From NCBI GenBank assembly GCA_044225505.1, contig JBGAIN010000082.1:1-37481 (forward strand): a stretch of DNA of 37,481 bases. Direction: 5' to 3'. Positions 28,062-37,481 of this stretch are shown piece by piece. Under the pieces are notes generated by a model that was given only the letters and a program-made list of their open reading frames with translations, did not search any database and had not been told where the DNA came from. Every line of letters begins with the position of its first letter. Within the stretch, counting starts at the first letter, position 1. The translations under genes were made by a program, and so were the position numbers. This DNA is from Limisphaerales bacterium. Its GTDB lineage: Bacteria; Verrucomicrobiota; Verrucomicrobiia; Limisphaerales; SIBE01.

Positions 28062-29615
28062 CTATTCGTCGCCGTTCTTCTCGTTGTCGTTGCTCGACAG
28101 CGAGACCTTGCTCGGCAGCATTAGGAGCAATTGGCCATCTTCGACGGTGTTAGGGGCCGGTGCGACCGCAGGGGAGTGCGCCTGCACCACGAACAACCAC
28201 GAGTCCTTTCCAAAAAAGGAAGAAGCATTGAGAATTCCGCTGGTTTCCCATGTGCCCGCAGAAATCGCGGGCGGAACCGTCGCGCCCGTGGCAATTTCAG
28301 TGCCAGGAGGATTCAACTCGACGACGCGCTTCGCGGCGAAGCTGTTCTTGAGATCGAGCCGCCAGATGCTGCCATCGCGTCCGCGCTTCGAATACTCGGG
28401 CGACGCCTGTGCAGTGCCGTCTTCACAGATCATCAAGTAATCTTTGCTTGTGTCGACGTTGTCCGGCGCAAAGCTGATGTCGCCACCCGCGGCGGCCACA
28501 GCATCGCCATTGTAGATGACAGAGATTTTAGTGGTTCCCAGGATGTTGTTTTTATCGAATTCCACCTTGTAGGAATTGCCCAGGCGTGCGCCGGACGCTC
28601 CAGTGCCTGTGGTGACAAAAAAGAACGTATTCTTGTCTGTCTTGCTCCAAGCCCCGTCCTCAATGCGAACAAATCCAAAGCCGCCGACCGCATCGGCATC
28701 GGTCTCAAGCTCCGCAGCGGTGCGACTGTCTTGATCGGGTAATTCCGCCCAGTGCCCAGTGATCGATCCGCTGGAAAAGCTGAGCTCGCTGGCAGGGCTG
28801 CCTGGATCAGCGACAAAAGTATAGAGTTTTCCACCATCAAGGCCGTTGCGCCGCAGGACACTCGCATTCCGGTCTTTGCTTTTCTATCCGACATACATGT
28901 AGAGCTGGTTGTCCGGGGTGCTCGGTCCGTCTTCCATGCCCATCACGACTGTCCATTCTCCTTTGTCCGGACGCACCAGGGCGTTCTCCCAAGGAAACCG
29001 ACCATGATCGATCAGGCTATGAATCTCGTTGTCAAAAACTGCCCATGTCAACTGACCTTTAGGGTCGAAGCCGGCGCCCTCTTCGTTTGTGAAGTAGATC
29101 GGCCGATCGAAACCGGCTTCCTTGTAAGCGAGCGATCCGGAGCAGAAGCGGCCGAACGCCGGCGTTGCATTACCCACTTCCGCCGCAGGATACACGGTGC
29201 CGGTTTCCTCGTCGTACACCTTGTCGTAGGCGCGTTGCCCCGAGATCACGTGGCCTGCCTTGTCGAGAATCCAGCGCGAAACGATAGCACCGCGATTAAG
29301 AGGTCCCCCTACATTTGGCTCCGAGACGTTCCCGTTAACGAGTTCGTGGTTCATAAACAGGATCGTCGTGTTATTGGGCCCTTTCGTAACACCAAGTCCG
29401 TCCGGAATCCCGACCATCTGATAGAGTCTGGACGGGTCGGAGGTGTTCGGAACCTGGTCGCCGACAGTTAGCAAAGGCTGGAGGGCATAATCCGGGGACA
29501 CAGCGACCGCATACGGCTTCACCGGCGTATACTGCTGCGCCATCGCGACCGAGGTCGCCAACGTTGCAACCAGACCGATCGCTCGGCCGGTATTGTTAAT
29601 GGGGAATTTCTTCAT
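28062..29615 (-). pseudogene. PhoX/DUF839-family alkaline phosphatase-like gene interrupted by one in-frame TAG
   Basis: Motifs GIPDGLG, MNHE, RFCSG, TNEE, GRFPWEN, MEDG, FVRIEDG, ICEDG, WETSG. After the TAG at 28884-28886 the same frame continues (KSKDRNASVLRRNGLDGGKLY...) into track ORF 28062..28565. Confidence 0.85.
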
Positions 29616-30172
29616 TGTTGTTAGTGTATTAACCGTCTTGAATACGACACCCTACGAGAGGTGCAGGCGAGACAGTGCCCTGCCATAGTTTCGCGACAAC
29701 GACCGTAAGGTTACGATTTCGTGCGAATGCGCCCTCACCACCGTGCTGCTGCCGAGCTCGGCAATCCGCGCGAGTTGACGAAGTCGCGCTGCCGTCCCGC
29801 TCCCGACCCGGGCTTTAAATCTGCGATCTTTGTTCTGGGATCCCTGCCAGCGGCGCGACGCCGCTGGCACTCTGGATTACCAATTGCTGAGCGAGCGATC
29901 TGCTGCATAAGGCTACAGTCGGTTGAATGCACAAATCTTTAGCGTTCCAGAATCGCTTATAGCGCGTTTTGATTTTGGCGAGGCAGTTTCGATGAGGGTA
30001 TTTATTGTTGGTTTTCAGAAAACAGCGGGTTACTCAGCGGAGTCCACTCTTTGGACACGACCCCATTGCTTTCATTGACGATTCCAGAGCTGAAACCGTG
30101 GAACGCGCCACGTTTGTTGCCGTGACACCAGAACTCGGTGTATTCGGAATCATCGGATCGCGGGATTCATCC

Positions 30173-30485
30173 TAATGCCATTCGGCAATTCTATTCAGTC
30201 CCGGAAGGGACTGAATGAGAGAAGCCCGGTCGCTTTAGCGCCGGGTGCTCAAGTGAGAGGGCCCAAGCCCCGGAGGGGCGGCTGAGTGCGGCGAGAAAGG
30301 GCGTTTGGGTTCTACGACCTTGTGATCCGCTTAATCTCCGGTTCTTCCGTTCAATGCCACGTCCTCGGCCGTCCCGTCGGGACTTGGAATCGCGCCCATT
30401 CAAGCTCGGCGTTAAAACGCCGAGCGTATTTGCTCAGTTGCCCCATCCCGGGGCGCCAGGGAAGGCAATTACCCGAATGGCATTA
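30173..30485. mobile_element. Non-autonomous element (MITE), copy 2, 313 bp, same orientation as copy 1
   Basis: Ends are TAATGCCATTCGGCAATT ... AATTACCCGAATGGCATTA, flanked by the direct repeat GGATTCATCC (30163-30172 and 30486-30495). I count 4 substitutions versus copy 1 over the first ~250 bp; the right end has several indels. Confidence 0.8.
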
Positions 30486-30909
30486 GGATTCATCCGCAGG
30501 AAGCCTCGTCTGGAAGTCGAGCGCTCGGGAAAGGCGTCAGTCCCGCAGTACACATGTGCGATGTTCCGCCAAGTGCCTCACGATGGCTTGAGCCACTCCC
30601 GGACACATCCGGCGGCGTAGCCCGCTGCGCCCATCATCCAGGTAGCGGCGATTCATGGCCAGGGCCTGTAATCACAAGCCATTCTCAAGTTTCTGTTGAC
30701 GCTCCCGTCCACCGACAACGCTTTAGATCGTCCGCTGAGGATACTGCACCCCAATTTTCACGCCATTCCAAGAACCCCGCTGCCTCGCCTCAAGCGTCAA
30801 CATCTACATTGCATTCTGCGGAACTGGCCCCCTGCGATGCGAGATGATCGGCGCCAGAGTCTCGCCGAGGGGCTCTCCGCTTTGACCGTTTTCCGCGTAT
30901 TCCGCGGTT

Positions 30910-31476
30910 CTATCGCTCGGCATTGTATCGGCCCCGCTCGGCCACAGTGTGCTCGAATTGGACCTTGGCCCACTCCCCCAACAACCGATCCACGCGCAGC
31001 CAACCCGGTCGTTTCCTTGGCCCTTTGAGGTATTCCGGGTAACTGCTCCAACCGTAATCGCACTGAGGGTTGCTCAGGCCTTAACAGTTTGGCACGAACC
31101 GGATTAAGATGCACCTAATCGAACACTTTTTGAGATACCCGCTGCCCGAACCGTCCACCCGCAACGATTTATAGCGCCCGCTGAATAAGTGCCCAAAGCG
31201 CCGATGCCGCCGGTTCAACCGCGTCGTGTAAGTTCCCAACAACCAGTGCATCCCAGCGCACAGATTGGCGCGGGGTGTTTCCACCACCAGATCAAAGTGA
31301 TTGCCCACCAAACCATAGGCGTGCACTTGCCAACCGGTCTTTTCACAGCTCTCCGCCAGCGCTTCCAGAAACCGACTTCGGTCCCGATCATCCCAGAAAA
31401 TGGCTTCCCGCCGGTCCCCTCGATTCATCACGTGGTAAATCGCTCCCGGATACTCCAGTCCCAACTTGCGAGGCAT
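30910..31476 (-). pseudogene. Inactivated RAYT/IS200-like Y1 (HUH) transposase
   Basis: MPRKL..EYPGAIYHVMNRG, NHFDL (HUH His changed to Asp), GHLFSGRYKS, frameshift, D*VHLNPVRA (TAG at 31115-31117 replaces the catalytic Tyr), second frameshift, WSSYPEY...WLRVDRLLGEW. Confidence 0.88.
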
Positions 31477-31725
31477 CGCAGCCACTTTTTCGCCCCGCTC
31501 AACATATGTCACTATTCATCCCTGACCCCCACCTTTGCTGACCCCAGACGCGGTTGGCGAGACAGCAAGCGAAGCCCATGCGCTGCTCCTACCGTCTTAT
31601 TCTCCCCAATAGGAACCTGAGGATGATATGACGGATCGAGAATAACGTCATCGAATCCCGCAAGTTTCTTGAGCGTTGTTCACCTTGAGGCTCGCTCTCG
31701 CATGGGGATTTCGCCTGGTCCTCCC

Positions 31726-31880
31726 GTAGCCGAGGTGACCCAGTTGCTCAGCGCCGTTGACCCAGGCGATCGAAGGCGGCCGATCAATTGTTGCCGTTGG
31801 TTTATGAGGAACTGCACGAGTCCCGCATCGCCGTGGCCGTGCCCTCTGAGGAATTGCTGGCTGTCGACGAGGCGCTGGCG
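31726..31880 (+). pseudogene. Remnant of a Planctomycete/Verrucomicrobia-type ECF sigma factor (TIGR02999-like)
   Basis: AEVTQLLSAVD.GD / DQLLPLVYEEL joined directly to IAVAVPSEELLAVDEALA; the central region is missing and the frame is shifted. Confidence 0.75.
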
Positions 31881-32183
31881 GTGAACAATCAAACTCACCA
31901 GGAAGCCCGCCTACCTCGCCGCGCAGATCGGGGGCGCGAACGACAGCCCAGGCGCGAATCCGGACAACCTCTCGTATTGCACAGGCTTCGTCGAACAAGC
32001 GCAGCATTTCAAATTCATCGTCGATGCGCTCGTCACCGGAGCAGCAGCCAAAATCGTCGGCATATTACCCACGGCCAGGGCAACGAAGGCAACGCCATGA
32101 GCCGCGGCGCCAATGCGTGGGTGCCCGTCGCCGCCGGGGGAGGACTTGGTGTTGATGGTGCGAGCCAGTTCCGGAGGTTCTCG

Positions 32184-32420
32184 ATGAATCCCCGATGGAT
32201 TGCGCTGGCGCTGTTGGGAGGAGTATCCGCCTCCGCGACAGCGGTTTTTAAGCCGGCTTCGCCACGGCGGACATCACGCCGCCGGTGGCTGGCGGCGGGC
32301 CGGCAATTACATGGAACTCGTCAGCACGGGCGTCAACGATCCTCTGTTCGCCAAGGCGATGGCGTTGTCGCAGGGCGAGACGTCTGTGGTTTTCGTCGTC
32401 AACGATCTCTGTTCGGTGAC
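32184..32420 (+). pseudogene. N-terminal fragment of a neutral/alkaline ceramidase-like secreted protein
   Basis: Across frameshifts it reads MNPRWIALALLGG..., GFATADITPPV, GWRRAGNYMELVSTGVNDPLFAKAMALSQGETSVVFVVNDL. Confidence 0.65.
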
Positions 32421-32441
32421 ACTGCTGAATCAAATCAAACC

Positions 32442-33959
32442 ATGAAGTCAAACCATGCATCCTGGCGGCGCGCCTGGCCCGCCATCATCTCCCTCCTATG
32501 CCTGTCGGTGGTTCAACCCTGTATCCAAGCCGCTTCGGTCGTTCACGACCTGACGCCGCTGCACGACGCCAAGCGCGTCCTGGTGAATCCACACAAGGGC
32601 TGGTACCACCACTACCCGGACAACCACCTCGACAAGTACAAGATTGCACGCGATGCCGACCTGCTGGAATTCCCCGGCATGGACCATCTCTACGTCCGCC
32701 TTGCATGGGCGTATCTCGAACCCAAGGAAGGCCAGTTCGATTGGGCGGTGATTGACCGCCTCATCGAGAAGTGGACGGCGCACGGCCTGGGCATCGCATT
32801 CCGCATCAGTTGCAAAGAGACGAGCACGGACCGCATCGAGCAGCAGTTCGCGACGCCGCGCTGGGTGATGGAAGCCGGCGCCAAGGGAGGCCATTACCGC
32901 ATGGGCAAAGCCACCGGACGGGAAGGACCATGGGAACCTGAGTTCGGCGATCCCATCTTCCTGGCCAAGCTGGACAAGTTCCTCGCGGCGTTCGCGTCAC
33001 GCTATGACGCCAAGGCCTGGCTGCGCTATCTCGACATTGGCAGCATCGGCGACTGGGGCGAGGGACACAGTTGGGCCGGCAGCCGCAAGGAGTGCGGGTT
33101 GGCCACACGTAAACAGCACGTGGACCTTCACCTCAAGCACTTCAAACACGCTCCCCTCGTGGTATCGGACGACTTCGTGTATGCGTTGTCCAATCCGACC
33201 GAACGCGCCGCGCTCCATCAACACGTGCTGACGAGCGGCATTAGCTACCGCGACGACAGCATTCTCGTGAACGGCTATTTGCAGGGCGTGAGCGACACCT
33301 TCACCGTGCGCAGCCCGGAGTTCTTCGCGGATGCTTATCTGCGGAATCCGACCGTGTTCGAGTTGGAACACTACGGCTCGGTGAAAAAGCCGGGCAACTG
33401 GGAAGGCCGCCCGGATTCCAACGTGGCCAAGTTTGGCAAGGGCAAGACCGGTCCGGACTATTTTCGCGGGGCGCTCGAACTCCTGCACGCGACCTACATC
33501 GGCTACCACGGTTACGCCCACGAGTGGCTGGCGGACAATCCGGAGTTCACGCGCGAGATGCTTAACCGCTGCGGCTACTGGCTGTTCCCGAAGTTCGTCG
33601 AACTGCCGGACAAGCTCGTCGCCGGGAGCACCGCGCCGCTCACCCTGACCATGGAAAATCGCGGCGTCGCCCCGCCTTATGCGCCATACGAATTGCGCGT
33701 GAAACTGTCGGGAGCGGGCACGAGCCTGGTTCGCGTGCTCGCGACCGGCTGCAAGTCGTGGCTGCCGGGACCGCCAGTCCTGTCACGGTATGAGCTGGCC
33801 TTGCCGGCCGACCTCCCAGCCGGATCTTACGAGGTGGCCTTCGGCCTTTTCGATCTAAACCAGGGCAGGACTCGCGCGGTGGATTTCGCGCTGAAGTCAT
33901 CGTCGCGTGACCCACAAGGCTACTACCAGCTCGCCCGCGTGCCCGTGGCGGCTCCATGA
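32442..33959 (+). CDS. Secreted DUF4832/GH42-like (clan GH-A) glycoside hydrolase-like protein
   Basis: Signal peptide from the ATG at 32442; NPHKGW, YVRLAWAYLEPKEGQFDW, DIGSIGDWGEGH, GYWLFP, NRGVAPPY. The upstream 218 codons of the track ORF run through unrelated gene fragments. Confidence 0.8.
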   Translation: MKSNHASWRRAWPAIISLLCLSVVQPCIQAASVVHDLTPLHDAKRVLVNPHKGWYHHYPDNHLDKYKIARDADLLEFPGMDHLYVRLAWAYLEPKEGQFDWAVIDRLIEKWTAHGLGIAFRISCKETSTDRIEQQFATPRWVMEAGAKGGHYRMGKATGREGPWEPEFGDPIFLAKLDKFLAAFASRYDAKAWLRYLDIGSIGDWGEGHSWAGSRKECGLATRKQHVDLHLKHFKHAPLVVSDDFVYALSNPTERAALHQHVLTSGISYRDDSILVNGYLQGVSDTFTVRSPEFFADAYLRNPTVFELEHYGSVKKPGNWEGRPDSNVAKFGKGKTGPDYFRGALELLHATYIGYHGYAHEWLADNPEFTREMLNRCGYWLFPKFVELPDKLVAGSTAPLTLTMENRGVAPPYAPYELRVKLSGAGTSLVRVLATGCKSWLPGPPVLSRYELALPADLPAGSYEVAFGLFDLNQGRTRAVDFALKSSSRDPQGYYQLARVPVAAP

Positions 33960-34029
33960 CGCTCATCCTCCTCGAATCCGTTGGCCATTATGCCCCGCCA
34001 CTAGCTGTCGAAAAGCCGCCCCCCTCCCC

Positions 34030-37000
34030 TTACCGCGCCGGTGCGGGCGCGATGTCGCCCCCGGACAACGGGTGGTGCGTTGCAGAGGCCGGTTGAGCGG
34101 CATGTTTCCGTCCCAGCTTCATGAGCACGGTATAAAAGACCGGCGTCAGAAAGAGGCCAAAGACGGTGACGCCAATCATGCCGGCAAAGACCGCAACTCC
34201 CATAGCTTGGCGCATTTCCGCGCCCGCCCCGTGAGAAGTAACGAGCGGATAGACTCCCGCAATAAACGCGATCGAAGTCATCAGGATAGGCCGCAATCGC
34301 AACCGACTGGCTTCGATGGCCGCTTCGACCGGACTAGCGCCATGATCCTGTTTATGCTTGGCAAACTCGACAATCAAGATGGCGTTCTTGCAGGCCAATC
34401 CTACGAGCACGATCAGACCTATTTGCGTGAAAATATTATTGTCACTCCCCTTCCACCAGACCCCCGCAATGGCAAAAAGCAAGCAAAGGGGAACGATCAG
34501 AATGATCGCCAATGGCAAACGCAGGCTTTCGTATTGTGCGGCGAGCACGAGAAATACGAGCAAGAGACAGAGCGGATACACATAGACAGCGGTGTTGCCC
34601 GCGAGGATGCGCTGATACGTCAGGTCGGTCCATTCCATCATCATGCCTTTCGGCAAAGTCTCGGCCGCAATACCCGCCATGAGCGCCTCGGCTTGGCCGG
34701 AACTAAAGCCGACCGCTGGGCCACCGTTAATTTCAGCCGCAGGATAGCCATTGTAGCGCATGGCACGGTCCGGTCCGTGCGCTTCCGTAACTTTAACCAA
34801 CGTTCCCAAGGGAACCATTTGCCCTTGGGCATTTCGGGTCTTCAGTCGAGTGATGTCCTCCGGCCGGTCGCGGAACTGGGCGTCAGCCTGGGCCACGACT
34901 TGGTAAGTGCGCCCGAACCGGTTAAAGTCATTGACGTAAAGTGACCCCAGGTAGATTTGAAGTGTTTCAAAAAGATTCTGCAACGGGACACCCTGTTGCT
35001 TCGCCTTGACTCGATCGATATCGGCATCGAGCTGAGGCACGTTGACGGTGAACGTTGAGAAAACGCTGGCCAGTCCGGGCGTTTGATAGCTCTTCGCGAG
35101 CATGCTCTGCACGCTTTGGTAAAGCCCGTCGTAGCCCAGATCCGCCCGGTCTTCGATAAAAAGCTTAAACCCACCGATCGCGCCGAGCCCCATCACCGGA
35201 GGCGGTGGCACGGTCAACGTGAAAGCGTCCTGAATCGAAGCAAACTGCTTATTTAAAGCCTCGGCAATGGCTAAGCCGCCCAGCTCAGCCGTATCCCGTT
35301 TTTCAAATGGATCCAGACAGAAGAAGACTATTCCAGCGTTCGGAGCGACGCTGAATCCACTGATGCTCAGTCCTGGGAAGGCGACGGCGCTTTCGACGCC
35401 CGGCTGCTTTAGCCCGATCTCTGAAATCCTCCGGATCACTGCCTCGGTCCGATCGAGCGAGGCGCCGTCGGGCAGTTGGGCAAAGGCAACGAGATACTGT
35501 TTGTCCTGAACAGGCACAAATCCCGTCGGCACTTTGTTAAAGCTCCAGCCAGTCAGAAGAACCAGCCCCCCGTAGGCAACAAGAGCGATGGCTGTCTTCC
35601 GAAGTAACGCCGCGACTCCCGCTGAGTAACGGTCCCCGGCCCAAGCAAAAGCGCGGTTAAAGGGTCGGAAGAACCAGCCCAAGCCCTTATCCATCACCTT
35701 GGACAACCGGTCTTTGGGCGCGTGATGATCTTTCAAGAGCACCGCGCAAAGCGCCGGCGACAACGTGAGCGAGTTAAAGGCCGAGATGACGGTGGAGATC
35801 GCGATGGAGATGGCGAACTGCTTGTAAAATTGCCCGGTCAAGCCGCTGATAAATGCGGTCGGGACAAAGACCGCGCAAAGCACCAGCGCGGTCGCAATAA
35901 TCGGGTTAGTGACTTCGCGCATGGCGGTCTCGGCGGCTTCGAGTGGCGTCAATCCGAGCGCGATATTTCGTTCCACGTTCTCGACCACCACAATCGCATC
36001 GTCCACCACAATGCCAATCGCCAGGACCAGCCCGAACAGCGACAAGTTGTTAATAGAAAATCCGAGCGCTAGCATCGCGGCAAACGTTCCCACCAACGAG
36101 ACCGGGACAGCTGCCAGGGGGATGATCGATGCCCGCCAGGTTTGCAGAAAAAGGATGACCACGATCACCACCAGCAAGATGGCTTCCACCAGCGTATGAA
36201 TCACGGCATCGATCGAGTGACGAACGAAAACCGTCGGGTCATAGACAATGGAGTAATCCACGCCCGCCGGAAAATTTTGTTTGAGTCCATCCATGGTCTT
36301 CCGAACGGCTGACGAGAGTTGGAGCGCGTTCGCGCCAGGGGACTGGAAGATCGGCAACGCCACGGCCGTTTTGTTATTGAGCAATGAGCGCAGGGAATAG
36401 CTGCCAGCGCTCAGTTCGATCCGCGCCACGTCGCGCAACAAGGTCTTTTCGCCATGCGCTCCGGTCTTGACGATCACGCGGCCAAACTCTTCCGGTGAAA
36501 CCAAGCGCCCCTTGGCATTGATCTGCAATTCGAAGTCCACGGCCTGCTGGACCGGAGGTTGACCGATCGCGCCCGCCGCCACCTGCACATTCTGTTCGCG
36601 GATGGCCGCCACCACATCGCTCGCGGTGAGATTGCGCGCCGCGATCTTGTCTGGGTTCAGCCAGATGCGCATGGCGTAATCGCCTGAGCCAAAGACTTGC
36701 ACGTCACCCGCGCCGGGAATGCGCGCCAGCACGTCTTTAACCTGCAACGTCGCATAGTTCCTCAGATAAACGTCATCGTATCGACCATCCGGCGAGAACA
36801 GGTGAACGACCATGGTCAGGTCGGGCGACTGCTTGGTCGTGGTCACACCGAGGCGTCGCACTTCTTCCGGGAGTTTCGGCAGCGCTTGCGACACGCGGTT
36901 CTGCACCTGCACCTGGGCCTTGTCGACGTCGGTTCCTAACTTGAAGGTCACCGTCAACGTCATCACCCCATCCCCAGTCGCTTGCGAGAACATGTAAAGC

Positions 37001-37230
37001 GAGTCCTCGACACCGTTAACCGCCTGTTCGAGCGGCGACGCCACCGTCTCGGCGATGGTCGTAGGGTTAGCGCCAGGGTAAACAGCCCGGACGACTACCG
37101 TCGGCGGCACCACTTCCGGATACTCGCTAATCGGCAATCGCCACATCGCCAAAAGGCCAACCAGGAAAATCACCACCGAAAGCACTCCGGCAAAGATTGG
37201 ACGCCGGACAAAGAACCGGGAAAAGTTCAT
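34030..37230 (-). CDS. Multidrug efflux RND transporter permease (HAE1 family, MexF/OqxB-like)
   Basis: MNFSRFFVRRPIFA start after GGAGG; GIVVDDAIVVVENVER, GLACKNAILIVEFA, RLRPILMTS. Confidence 0.96.
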   Translation of the reverse strand: MNFSRFFVRRPIFAGVLSVVIFLVGLLAMWRLPISEYPEVVPPTVVVRAVYPGANPTTIAETVASPLEQAVNGVEDSLYMFSQATGDGVMTLTVTFKLGTDVDKAQVQVQNRVSQALPKLPEEVRRLGVTTTKQSPDLTMVVHLFSPDGRYDDVYLRNYATLQVKDVLARIPGAGDVQVFGSGDYAMRIWLNPDKIAARNLTASDVVAAIREQNVQVAAGAIGQPPVQQAVDFELQINAKGRLVSPEEFGRVIVKTGAHGEKTLLRDVARIELSAGSYSLRSLLNNKTAVALPIFQSPGANALQLSSAVRKTMDGLKQNFPAGVDYSIVYDPTVFVRHSIDAVIHTLVEAILLVVIVVILFLQTWRASIIPLAAVPVSLVGTFAAMLALGFSINNLSLFGLVLAIGIVVDDAIVVVENVERNIALGLTPLEAAETAMREVTNPIIATALVLCAVFVPTAFISGLTGQFYKQFAISIAISTVISAFNSLTLSPALCAVLLKDHHAPKDRLSKVMDKGLGWFFRPFNRAFAWAGDRYSAGVAALLRKTAIALVAYGGLVLLTGWSFNKVPTGFVPVQDKQYLVAFAQLPDGASLDRTEAVIRRISEIGLKQPGVESAVAFPGLSISGFSVAPNAGIVFFCLDPFEKRDTAELGGLAIAEALNKQFASIQDAFTLTVPPPPVMGLGAIGGFKLFIEDRADLGYDGLYQSVQSMLAKSYQTPGLASVFSTFTVNVPQLDADIDRVKAKQQGVPLQNLFETLQIYLGSLYVNDFNRFGRTYQVVAQADAQFRDRPEDITRLKTRNAQGQMVPLGTLVKVTEAHGPDRAMRYNGYPAAEINGGPAVGFSSGQAEALMAGIAAETLPKGMMMEWTDLTYQRILAGNTAVYVYPLCLLLVFLVLAAQYESLRLPLAIILIVPLCLLFAIAGVWWKGSDNNIFTQIGLIVLVGLACKNAILIVEFAKHKQDHGASPVEAAIEASRLRLRPILMTSIAFIAGVYPLVTSHGAGAEMRQAMGVAVFAGMIGVTVFGLFLTPVFYTVLMKLGRKHAAQPASATHHPLSGGDIAPAPAR

Positions 37231-37240
37231 GGAAACCTCC

Positions 37241-37481
37241 TCAATGAGTCGTGGCCACGTCAGGGCCCGACGAAATGTCCGGGCCACGCTGCGCTTGCAC
37301 GGGCATCCCCGGTCGGACGGATTGGATTCCGTTGACGACGATCTCGTCGCCCGCGTTGAGTCCATTTCGGACAATGCGCTTCCCATCGACGAGGGGTCCC
37401 AGTTCTACGGCTTGGTAAGCGACGGTGTTGGTCGGCGTCAGACGCAGCACATACTTCAATGCCTGGTCGGTCCCTACCGCG
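37241..37481 (-). CDS. RND efflux periplasmic adaptor subunit, C-terminal part (5'-partial)
   Basis: VGTDQALKYV...VELGPLVDGKRIVRNGLNAGDEIVVNGIQSVRPG, directly upstream of the permease. Confidence 0.9.
   Translation of the reverse strand, partial: AVGTDQALKYVLRLTPTNTVAYQAVELGPLVDGKRIVRNGLNAGDEIVVNGIQSVRPGMPVQAQRGPDISSGPDVATTH

Noticed and set aside
29680..29735. Possible Pho box upstream of the PhoX-like gene
   Set aside because: Only weak 11-bp periodicity, with no convincing CTGTCAT-like repeats.
29735..29900. Degenerate palindromic, REP-like sequence upstream of the PhoX-like gene
   Set aside because: The stems are imperfect and there is no second copy in the window to define it.
31788..32441. 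N-terminal 218 aa of the 723-aa track ORF as a real domain fusion
   Set aside because: It is made of out-of-frame fragments of other genes, and a clean signal peptide starts at 32442.
37231..37386. N-terminal extension of the RND permease in the track ORF
   Set aside because: It overlaps the adaptor gene; the GGAGG-ATG at 37230 gives the canonical start.

Overview
This is bacterial DNA, most likely Verrucomicrobia (inferred from the flagellin style, a PEP-CTERM protein, a TIGR02999-type ECF sigma remnant and secreted proteins with a '...S.NL..W...YR' C-terminal module). Bases 1-9.8 kb hold a minus-strand flagellar operon (flgB-flgC-fliE-fliF-fliG-fliH-fliI-fliJ-motE/ylxF-like-fliK-like) with a sigma54-type promoter, divergent from a minimal flagellin gene with a sigma28 promoter, a GGA-hairpin leader and a terminator. 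Two flagellar genes are abnormal: flgC carries an internal deletion with a frameshift, and FliG ends cleanly before its torque-generating domain. Bases 9.8-25.8 kb are accessory genes: a delta-60-repeat remnant, a VOC protein, a DUF6398/pRiA4b-ORF3 fusion, a PEP-CTERM protein, a YdjC deacetylase, a CotH kinase, a DUF748 protein, an M14/DUF5060/DUF4038 fusion and a TPR-like protein. Bases 25.8-32.4 kb contain two ~310-bp non-autonomous elements with IS4-like ends. Each sits inside a REP-like palindrome with its own 10-bp target duplication. They flank a TolB-like gene and a PhoX-family gene interrupted by one TAG, and are followed by a dead RAYT-type Y1 transposase and several gene fragments. 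Bases 32.4-37.5 kb carry a DUF4832/GH42-like hydrolase and an RND efflux pump (permease plus partial adaptor). No rRNA, tRNA or CRISPR array was seen. Family assignments are from motif recognition only; no searches were run.
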